Assembly: GCA_026387835.1 (NCBI GenBank)
Contig: JAPLKZ010000010.1
Location: forward strand, 236,379 to 268,378
Reading direction: 5' to 3'
Length of the DNA stretch: 32,000 nt
Source of the DNA: Candidatus Saganbacteria bacterium
GTDB lineage: Bacteria; Margulisbacteria; WOR-1; JAKLHX01
A program made the position numbers and the translations under genes. The number at the start of each line of letters is the position of its first letter. The first letter of the stretch is position 1. The notes under the pieces are model-generated. The model had not been told where the DNA came from, did no database searches, and saw only the letters and a list, made by a program, of their open reading frames with translations. Positions 18,429-26,020 of the stretch are shown here, in pieces.

Positions 18429-19211
18429 CTATAGCCCGCTTTTCTTTGCTTTCTTCCACAGAGACTCCATCTCGTCGAGGTTCATTTTGCTTAGTTTTAT
18501 CCTGCTCTTCTTCGCATGCCTTTCGATGAACCTGAACCGCCCTGAAAATTTCACGACTGCATCGTGCAGGGCTTCTTCCGCGTTAATTCCCGTTTTCCTT
18601 GAAACGTTCACCACCGCGAATAGAAGATCGCCGATCTCTTCAGCTAATCTCGACTTCAGTGCCTTGGTCTTTGAATCTTTTCTTAACAGTTCTTTTATCT
18701 CTCCCATTTCCTCTCTTACCTTGTCCCAAGCGCCGGCAATTTCATCCCAGTCAAATCCAACGCGTGCAGCCTTTTTCTGGGCTTTTTCGGCCCTGTAAAG
18801 CGCGGGGAGCGCTTTGGGTATGCTGTCAAGGATGGATCTGTACTCGGCCTCATCGCTTTTTATCTCTTCCCAATTTTTCCAGACCTCATCCACGCCGGAC
18901 ACTTTTCTTTTTGCAAAAACATGCGGGTGACGCCTTGTCATTTTTTCGTTGATGCCTTTGATGACATCTTCAACCGAAAACGCTTTCCTTTCTTTGGCGA
19001 TCCGGCTGTGAAGGATTACCTGCAGCAGCAGATCGCCGAGCTCATCGCACAGTTTTTTATCGTCTTTTTTATCGATCGCCTGGAGCATCTCATAGGCTTC
19101 TTCGATGACATAGGGCTTTAATGACCTGTGTGTCTGTTTTTTATCCCACGGGCAGCCGTTTTTGCCGCGCAGCTTATCAATGATTTTTATCAGATCTTTA
19201 AATCTTTTCAT
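18429..19211 (-). CDS. mazG: MazG nucleoside triphosphate pyrophosphohydrolase
   Basis: MKRFKDLIKIIDKLRGKNGCPWDKKQTHRSLKPYVIEEAYEMLQAIDKKDDKKLCDELGDLLLQVILHSRIAKE...EEIGDLLFAVVNVSRKTGINAEEALHDAVVKFSGRF. Track ORF begins 19250; homology begins at the internal Met (19211). Confidence 0.96.
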   Translation of the reverse strand: MKRFKDLIKIIDKLRGKNGCPWDKKQTHRSLKPYVIEEAYEMLQAIDKKDDKKLCDELGDLLLQVILHSRIAKERKAFSVEDVIKGINEKMTRRHPHVFAKRKVSGVDEVWKNWEEIKSDEAEYRSILDSIPKALPALYRAEKAQKKAARVGFDWDEIAGAWDKVREEMGEIKELLRKDSKTKALKSRLAEEIGDLLFAVVNVSRKTGINAEEALHDAVVKFSGRFRFIERHAKKSRIKLSKMNLDEMESLWKKAKKSGL

Positions 19212-19294
19212 TTTTTGCTTATAGCTTCCTATATTATACAACGGATGCAAGTTTCGTTTCCTGAGGACCGATATATATAAAGGAGAATAAATAT

Positions 19295-20419
19295 ATGTCC
19301 GACGCTAATCCTATCATGCTGAATAATTATGCCGGCAATATTGTCGCGCCCGCATCTGCCGCAACACGGGCAATAAGGCCTATGGGCATTTCCACTGTCG
19401 AAGACGCTTTGAATATCCTTAATCTGGTAAACACCGGCGGCGAAGTGCTTGATGTCAAATCTCTTGGCAAAGATAACGCCACGCTGATAAGTATCGCCTC
19501 GGAAATAGTCAAAGCCAGGAAAAACGGATCTCCGGTCCAATTCGAGAACGGAAGGATCATGATGTCAAAAGAACTTTTTGGAGCGATCGTCAGATCAGCC
19601 GAGAATACATCTAATGACGCTTCGCAGATGGGCAGATCTAAATTGACCGGCCGGAACGAGAGCTCGGGAGCGGCCCAAAAAAGTTCCGGCGCTGTCTTAA
19701 AGAACTCTTCACAGCAAAATATGCCGATGTTCGCGCCTCCTCCCCCGTATTTTGAAATGAAAAAAAGAAAAGAAAAAACTAACAGTCCTAAAGTTGCCGG
19801 CTCGGCGACTGTCAAAGAAAGGCCCGATGATGATATGGTGCCGATGCTTTCGGCTTCGCAGGCTTATTACATCCTGATAGACATCGTCCCTCCCGGAGGC
19901 GGCAGGTATGTCATGCACTTGAGGGAGAAGTTCGAGTTCCAGCCTGAAGAGAAAAACGAGCTTGAGAAAGGCCTTGAAGAGTTCTGGAGGGACTTTGGCA
20001 ACGACATATCTGTCAATGCAAGGCACACCAGCATCGTCGTAAAACCTAAGATACTGATCGGGAACCTGGTCAATTGTGAAGTATCAAAAAAACTTGTATT
20101 TGTCTATGTGTCGCAATCTACAAAGGAAAAGCTTTCAAGGGGAGCTTTGATCGCTTCATCGGACCGGGTAACAATAAGACCGAGCAAGGGTAACGTCACG
20201 ATCGACCTGAACAACAAAAAGATCCTCGATCTTATCTTTAACATGCAGACAACAATATCCGACAGCGGAAAAATGCCTGTCCGGGAAGATGCCGACGATC
20301 CTTTGCCGCGATCAACATCCGCAACTATACCGGAGCAGTCTGCCGTTATGAACCCGTTCTCCAGCCCGTTCAACAGATCCCGCATAACGGGCAGGCTCAC
20401 AACAGCGTTCAGACACTGA
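19295..20419 (+). CDS. Conserved-looking protein of unknown function (374 aa), possible cytoplasmic protein with low-complexity linker
   Basis: SD AAAGGAG upstream; the two structured-looking regions (aa ~30-95 and ~185-320) are joined by a Ser/Pro/Lys-rich linker. No family recognised. Confidence 0.75.
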   Translation: MSDANPIMLNNYAGNIVAPASAATRAIRPMGISTVEDALNILNLVNTGGEVLDVKSLGKDNATLISIASEIVKARKNGSPVQFENGRIMMSKELFGAIVRSAENTSNDASQMGRSKLTGRNESSGAAQKSSGAVLKNSSQQNMPMFAPPPPYFEMKKRKEKTNSPKVAGSATVKERPDDDMVPMLSASQAYYILIDIVPPGGGRYVMHLREKFEFQPEEKNELEKGLEEFWRDFGNDISVNARHTSIVVKPKILIGNLVNCEVSKKLVFVYVSQSTKEKLSRGALIASSDRVTIRPSKGNVTIDLNNKKILDLIFNMQTTISDSGKMPVREDADDPLPRSTSATIPEQSAVMNPFSSPFNRSRITGRLTTAFRH

Positions 20420-22664
20420 CTTGACTATCCGACTCTTTCACAAATTTTTCTATCCGTGACAATATTTCTTTTTCCGAGGACCCTGCGATGCCGATAAGAC
20501 GTTTTTCGCTCCCCAGTTCGATAATAAGATCATTGTTTTTTTGAGTGATTTTTTTTATCCCTGCGCTTGAAGCGGATATCTTTATCCTGACAATTTCTAA
20601 CATGTTCACTGCTTCTAACGGGAGGTGCCCGAACCTGTCGACAAGCTCGTCTTCGAGGTCTTTTACCTCTTTGAAATTATCTGCAAGGTTCAGCCTTTTG
20701 TAGACGGCTATGCGCTCGACTTCATCCTCGATAAAATGATCCGGGATAAAAGCATTTATTTTTAGATCTACTAAAGTCGTGTGCTTGATCGGCGTTTTTT
20801 CGCCTTTAAAATGCGCTGCGGCCTCTTTTAGCAGATCGCAATAAAGATCGGAGCCTATAGCAAGCATGTGGCCGTGCTGCTGGCTGCCCAGGACATTCCC
20901 GGCACCTCTTATCTCAAGGTCCCTCATAGCGATCCTGTACCCGGAACCCAGGGCGGTAAATGATTTTATTGCCTGAAGCCTTTCCAGGGATCTTTCGGTC
21001 AGGACGCTGGTTTCGCGGTAAAGCAGGTATGCAAAGGCCTTTACGTTTGACCGGCCCACCCTCCCGCGCAGCTGATACAGTGTTGAAAGACCGAATTTAT
21101 CCGGATTTTCGATGATTATCGTGTTGACATTGGGGATGTCCAGCCCCGATTCGATGATCGTCGTTGACAGAAGGACGTCATATTTCCCGTCGACAAAATC
21201 CATCATTATCCGCTCGAGCTCATCCGGCTTCATCCGGCCGTGAGCGACGGCCACGGAGATTGAGGGAAGTATTTTTCCGAGTTTTTTCGCTGTGTCACCG
21301 ATCTTTTCCACGCTGTTAAAAACATAAAAGACCTGGCCGCCCCTTTCTTTTTCCTTTTCGATCGCTTGTTTCACGGTGCTTGCTCTCCAGGGCAGCACGC
21401 AGGTCTCGATCATGGACCTTCCGGGAGGAGGGGTCGTGATCAGGCTCATATCCCAGATGCCTGAAACCGCCATATAAAGGGTCCTTGGAATAGGAGTCGC
21501 CGAAAGGTTTAATACATCGACATTCTTCTTTAATCTTTTTATTTTTTCTTTGTGCGCAACGCCGAACCTCTGCTCCTCATCTATTATCAGAAGCCCCAGG
21601 TCTTTGAATTTAACATCGTTCTGCAGCAGCCGGTGAGTGCCGATGATCACGTCTATTGAGCCGGACTCGGTCTTTTTCAAAAGCTCTTTTTGCTCTGAAT
21701 GGCTTTTGAACCTGGACAGGACCTCCACCGCGAAAGGGAAAGGGGCAAAACGGGCCTGAAACAGCCGGGAATGCTGCTGGGCAAGGATCGTTGTCGGGCA
21801 AAGGAAGCAGACCTGCTTTCCAGAGGAGGCGGCTTTGAACGCTGCTCTTAGGGCAACTTCGGTTTTGCCATAACCCACATCCGCGCACAGCAGGCGGTCC
21901 ATCGGCTTATCGGATTCCATGTCCTTTTTCACCGCTCTGACCGCTTCTGTCTGGTCCGGAGTATCTTCATACGGGAAAGAGCTTTCAAGTTCTGCCTGCC
22001 AGGCATCGTCTGGAGGAAAGCTATGTCCGCTCCCGGACTTTCTTGAAGAATATGTTTCCAGAAGTTCTTTTGTCATGTCACGGATAGACTTTTTCGCCCT
22101 GCGCTTTATAAGCCTCCATTCGCTCCCGCCCAAACTGTTCAATCTTGGAATATGATCGCCCGGCACATTGTATTTTGAAATAAGATTTATTTGCTGGACC
22201 GGTATATATAAACGGTCGTCACCTGCAAATCTTAAATACAGATAATCGGATGAGACGCTGTCGACGGTCTGTTTGTCTATTCCCTCATATATGCCGATGC
22301 CGTAATCCTTGTGTACTACCGCATCGCCTTTCCTGTAATCGGCATAAAACTTTTGCGGAACGGCCTTTTCTGCCTGCACTTTGAACCGTCTTCTTGGTAT
22401 ATGCTCTCCGAAGATCTCCCTGTCCGAAAAAAGGGCTATCCCTTCCTTTGGAAGATGAAAACCCTGAGGTATCTCGCCGTGGACGATCCTGATGCTTTCT
22501 TTTAAAAGCCCGGCATCAATAAAAAGTTCCTTCAAGCGCGAGTCCTGCTTGCTTATGATAAAAGTCTCTTCCCTGCCGGCTTTAAGATCGTCGATGAACG
22601 GTTCGATATTCGGACGCAAACCTGCATTCAAAGTTGAAGGCCCCTTCATTCCTCGGAAAAGCAT
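20409..22664 (-). CDS. mfd: Transcription-repair coupling factor Mfd, C-terminal portion (RID + translocase + C-terminal domains)
   Basis: 751 aa; YRKGDAVVHKDYGIGIYEGI (CarD/RID-like), LLCADVGYGKTEVALRAAFKA (motif I), LIIDEEQRFGVAHKEKIK, LSATPIPRTLYMAVSGIWDMSLITTPP, TTIIESGLDIPNVNTIIIENPDKFGLSTLYQLRGRVGRS. Confidence 0.93.
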   Translation of the reverse strand: MLFRGMKGPSTLNAGLRPNIEPFIDDLKAGREETFIISKQDSRLKELFIDAGLLKESIRIVHGEIPQGFHLPKEGIALFSDREIFGEHIPRRRFKVQAEKAVPQKFYADYRKGDAVVHKDYGIGIYEGIDKQTVDSVSSDYLYLRFAGDDRLYIPVQQINLISKYNVPGDHIPRLNSLGGSEWRLIKRRAKKSIRDMTKELLETYSSRKSGSGHSFPPDDAWQAELESSFPYEDTPDQTEAVRAVKKDMESDKPMDRLLCADVGYGKTEVALRAAFKAASSGKQVCFLCPTTILAQQHSRLFQARFAPFPFAVEVLSRFKSHSEQKELLKKTESGSIDVIIGTHRLLQNDVKFKDLGLLIIDEEQRFGVAHKEKIKRLKKNVDVLNLSATPIPRTLYMAVSGIWDMSLITTPPPGRSMIETCVLPWRASTVKQAIEKEKERGGQVFYVFNSVEKIGDTAKKLGKILPSISVAVAHGRMKPDELERIMMDFVDGKYDVLLSTTIIESGLDIPNVNTIIIENPDKFGLSTLYQLRGRVGRSNVKAFAYLLYRETSVLTERSLERLQAIKSFTALGSGYRIAMRDLEIRGAGNVLGSQQHGHMLAIGSDLYCDLLKEAAAHFKGEKTPIKHTTLVDLKINAFIPDHFIEDEVERIAVYKRLNLADNFKEVKDLEDELVDRFGHLPLEAVNMLEIVRIKISASSAGIKKITQKNNDLIIELGSEKRLIGIAGSSEKEILSRIEKFVKESDSQVSV

Positions 22665-23418
22665 TTAATTCGAGGACCGTTTTCCCCGAGGGTTTTTTTA
22701 TCCTGGCATCTGCGCTTCCGGCTTCATCCATAAGTATCACGGTGTCATTTTTCATATTTTTATGGAATTCTTCTTCTTTTTTTTCTCTTACCGGCAGGAT
22801 CTCGATGTTCTCTATCAAGCGTATAGACCTCTGGGTGACCGTGTCAAACTCCCTTATCGAGGCTGCCTTGTCGTCGGAAAATTCTATCCTCACTGCCCGC
22901 CGGTCTTTCAAGAAGACATCGATTATCCCTCCTCTTACCGAGAACTCGCCGCTGTCCTCCACCATAAAGACCCTTTCATATCCTATGCCCGAAAGTTTTT
23001 TGATGAGATATTCGGTATCGATCCTTTCCGCCTTGGATATCCTGACAGTATCATCAAGAAGGCTGTCTTTTTTGTATGTCTTTTTGAACAGCGCGTCCTG
23101 CGTAGTTACGATGATCGACTTCTCGCCTGATAACATTGAAAACAACGCCGCCAGGTTCTCCGGCAAGTCATCGTTGGAAAAAAAATAGACCGGCTGTTTT
23201 CCGTCTTCGGCAAATAATTTTACTTCGCAATATATCTGTTCCGCGATATCCGCATTTTTTGCCGCAAAGACGATGTCATAAGAAGACGTGTTTGAAAAAG
23301 CCGCCAGAAACGCGGCCTTTGCCGTCCCAAAGAGCCCGGAGACCTCGCCGGCCTTTAGAAGACGCTGGATGTCGATCTTTGAGGAGAGAAATTCTGTAAG
23401 TTTAAAAAGGTTCGCCAT
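22582..23418 (-). CDS. mfd: Mfd N-terminal portion (UvrB-homology region), in a different frame from the C-terminal portion
   Basis: 278 aa; KSIIVTTQDALFKK...IDTEYLIKKLSGIGYERVFMVEDSGEFSVRGGIIDVFLKDRRAVRIEFSDDKAASIREFDTVTQRSIRLIENIEILPVRE; ends inside the overlap with ORF 20409..22664. Confidence 0.85.
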   Translation of the reverse strand: MANLFKLTEFLSSKIDIQRLLKAGEVSGLFGTAKAAFLAAFSNTSSYDIVFAAKNADIAEQIYCEVKLFAEDGKQPVYFFSNDDLPENLAALFSMLSGEKSIIVTTQDALFKKTYKKDSLLDDTVRISKAERIDTEYLIKKLSGIGYERVFMVEDSGEFSVRGGIIDVFLKDRRAVRIEFSDDKAASIREFDTVTQRSIRLIENIEILPVREKKEEEFHKNMKNDTVILMDEAGSADARIKKPSGKTVLELNAFPRNEGAFNFECRFASEYRTVHRRS

Positions 23419-23421
23419 TTG

Positions 23422-23994
23422 CTAAGCCGCTGGCTTGTTATATTCGTTCATCGAGTGCGAAAGACCTTTGCCGATGATATCCTCGATCGAGCAGGAAGCC
23501 CGCTGCGTAGTTTCTTTAAGTATCTTTGCAAGATGCCTGTTCATCTTTGACAGTACGAAGTCCGCGCCCCTGTTCTTATGCCCCGGTTTGCCGATACCTA
23601 TCCTGATCCTTATAAAGCTGTCGTCATGCAGAGAATCAATAACTGATCTTACCCCGTTATGCCCTGCGCTGCCGCCGCCCTTTTTAATCTTCAGGATCCC
23701 GATATCCAGATCAAACTCGTCGTGCACAACGATGATGCTTCCCGTTTGTATGTCGTTTTTTTTGGCCATCTTGGCCACGGACTCTCCGCTCCTGTTCATA
23801 TATGTCATCGGAAGGCAGGCAATGATGTCTTCTTCGCCAAGCTTGCCTTTTCCGGCCCTTGCCATGAAAGATGAATTTCTCGACAGCTTAATGCCGTTGT
23901 TTTTTGCGAAAGTCTCGACAACCTCGAACCCTACGTTATGCCGAGTATCCTTATAATCATCTCCCGGATTGCCGAGCCCAATTATTAAATACAT
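23422..23994 (-). CDS. pth: Peptidyl-tRNA hydrolase
   Basis: 190 aa; MYLIIGLGNPGDDYKDTRHNVGFEVVE...LPMTYMNRSGESV...IVVHDEFDLDIGILKIKKGGGSAGHNGVRSVIDSLHDDSFIRIRIGIGKP. Confidence 0.97.
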   Translation of the reverse strand: MYLIIGLGNPGDDYKDTRHNVGFEVVETFAKNNGIKLSRNSSFMARAGKGKLGEEDIIACLPMTYMNRSGESVAKMAKKNDIQTGSIIVVHDEFDLDIGILKIKKGGGSAGHNGVRSVIDSLHDDSFIRIRIGIGKPGHKNRGADFVLSKMNRHLAKILKETTQRASCSIEDIIGKGLSHSMNEYNKPAA

Positions 23995-24073
23995 GATTTA
24001 TCTTTCTTGTGTCGAGTGGTTAAATTATAGCATCCAGCAGGTCGGCATTCAGCAAAAAGACATTAGAAAAGAA

Positions 24074-26020
24074 TCATTCATTATCGAGGTATTTAGTTAA
24101 ATTTTTTGCTTCTATGACGGCTGTTTTCCCGTAACCTTTATTCCAGTCAAGAAGGTAATCGATCTTTTCCGTTCCGAAATCAGTCTTTGACAGGATTTCC
24201 ACGGCTTCCGCTCTTGTCAGGCCTCTTTTCGGCTCGAATCTGATTGAACTATTATCGATCAAACCTTTTTGCTTGGCGGCATCAATGTCATTGGCTGCCC
24301 AGCTTTTTTTAGAAACATCCTTGTAAGGTTTTTCCGTGACTTGCGGAGTATCAAGGCTGTCAAACCTGGAAGCGACCGTCACGCCTTCCATTCTGTTAAT
24401 ATTCTTATCGGGTTTAAAGGTCTTGTCCGGATAACCGACAACAAGGCCCATTTCGTTCGCGGCATCAACATATCTTGTCGCCCAGTCTGATTTATTAAGA
24501 TCTGGAAATATTCTCTTTTCTATAGTTTCCTTAATATCGACCCCGTTTGTCCTGACCAGCAAAGTCGCCAGCTCGGCCCGGCTCAGTATCCTGTTAGGCT
24601 GAAAAGTGCCGTCCGGATAACCTTCGGCAATTCCGGCGGTCGCTGTGTATTCTATGGGTTCTACTGCCCAGAAATCTTCCGTGACATCACTGAATGTCGC
24701 AAGCCTGATTATCCTGATCCTTTTTGATTCGAGGAGTACTCCGTTCTTGTCGTAACCTTCGACTACCACCAGTCTCTTTCCTGCTTTTTCAAGAGGGACT
24801 TTTGTCCTGAAAGTCTTGCTGCCGTCGACCGTGTCGAATGGGACAGGGATACCGTTCACCTGGATCTGATCGATGATCGGATGCACGATACCGGAAACTT
24901 TTACATAGTCCCTTCTTGTTATCAGTTTGTCCCTGGGTTTGATTATAGTTATATATTCGCGGTTTTTCTCCTCTTTTGGATCGTCCCCGACAAATGATAT
25001 CGAGAAGTAATGCGTCGCGTTCTCCTGTATGCCGCTGTACGGGTGATACGCATAATCAAACTCTATCCCTTTTAGCCTGAGGCCGATACCGTAAGTCAGA
25101 TTTCTGCCTTCGGTTATCCCGACGGTTCCCGGGACAGGATCCTGGTCGAGTCCCATCCTTATGGCAAGTATATCTATAGGCCAAAGTTCAGCTCCAAATC
25201 TCATCACGGCAGGTTTGCCGGACTGCAGGTAAAGATCGCTGTCCGCGGCAAGGTTGAGCCTGACCGGCGAAGCGATCAAAGCTTTTCCCTGTCGGCCCAA
25301 AAGGTTGACCTTTGTCCCGATCTTTGTGGTTGACGGAATGCCTTCTTCAATACCGCTTTTATAAGTAATGGCTCCGCCCATGTTCGCCGGAAGGATGTTC
25401 TGCTGGTTCAATCCGAAAGAAAGCCAAGAATTCGGAGTGTAAAGGATGCCGAGATCAAGGTCCACTCCCCTGCCGTTACCGGAAGAAGCATCGTCTGTTC
25501 CCGAAGCGGTCTGGTCAAAGTATTTAAGATTAGCACCGAGATATATGTTCTTTCCGTAATCGGCGGATATCACTTCCAGAGGAAATCCGTAAGATAAGAA
25601 CAGGACGTTGTTTGAATACCCTCCGATAGAAGTCGGGGTCGGATAATGTGTGGACGAAGCCGCATTGCTTCCGAGCACCCATATATTGTCCACCCGTGAG
25701 CCGACATAACCAAGCCCTATAGAACCAACCTCAAGAGGATATGTTCCGCCCAGTACCGCATAACTTACGTCACCCATAAGGCTTGAATACATGCTTGTGA
25801 GTTTTGGAGTTTTCATCCTTCCGAGCCCGGCAGGGTTCATGAAGATGGATTCGGCATCTTCCGCGATCGCCACATATGTTTTCCCCATTCCGAGCGACCT
25901 TGCGCCGACGCCTACATATGACGGGTCAATAGCAGAATAAGTCGCCGCAAAAAGCATTGCCTGCGACAGGATCGCTGTCACAATAATTATGTATGATATA
26001 TATTTAATCAGTCTTTTCAT
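24074..26020 (-). CDS. PorV/PorQ-like outer-membrane barrel protein fused to an Ig-like segment and three C-terminal SLH domains
   Basis: GARSLGMGKTYVAIAEDAESIFMNPAGLGRMKTPKLTSMYSSLMGDVSYAVLGGTYPLEVGSIGLGYVGSRVD... (PorV/UPF0164-like) ...VKVSGIVHPIIDQIQVNG... then SLH units AGIAEGYPDGTFQPNRILSRAELATLLVR, MGLVVGYPDKTFKPDKNINRMEGVTVASR, KGLIDNSSIRFEPKRGLTRAEAVEILSK. Start placed at MKRLIKYI (26020). Confidence 0.82.
   Translation of the reverse strand: MKRLIKYISYIIIVTAILSQAMLFAATYSAIDPSYVGVGARSLGMGKTYVAIAEDAESIFMNPAGLGRMKTPKLTSMYSSLMGDVSYAVLGGTYPLEVGSIGLGYVGSRVDNIWVLGSNAASSTHYPTPTSIGGYSNNVLFLSYGFPLEVISADYGKNIYLGANLKYFDQTASGTDDASSGNGRGVDLDLGILYTPNSWLSFGLNQQNILPANMGGAITYKSGIEEGIPSTTKIGTKVNLLGRQGKALIASPVRLNLAADSDLYLQSGKPAVMRFGAELWPIDILAIRMGLDQDPVPGTVGITEGRNLTYGIGLRLKGIEFDYAYHPYSGIQENATHYFSISFVGDDPKEEKNREYITIIKPRDKLITRRDYVKVSGIVHPIIDQIQVNGIPVPFDTVDGSKTFRTKVPLEKAGKRLVVVEGYDKNGVLLESKRIRIIRLATFSDVTEDFWAVEPIEYTATAGIAEGYPDGTFQPNRILSRAELATLLVRTNGVDIKETIEKRIFPDLNKSDWATRYVDAANEMGLVVGYPDKTFKPDKNINRMEGVTVASRFDSLDTPQVTEKPYKDVSKKSWAANDIDAAKQKGLIDNSSIRFEPKRGLTRAEAVEILSKTDFGTEKIDYLLDWNKGYGKTAVIEAKNLTKYLDNE

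Noticed and set aside
18429-19250. MazG as part of a toxin-antitoxin or defence island
   Set aside because: Housekeeping-type two-domain MazG with no mazEF or defence neighbours.
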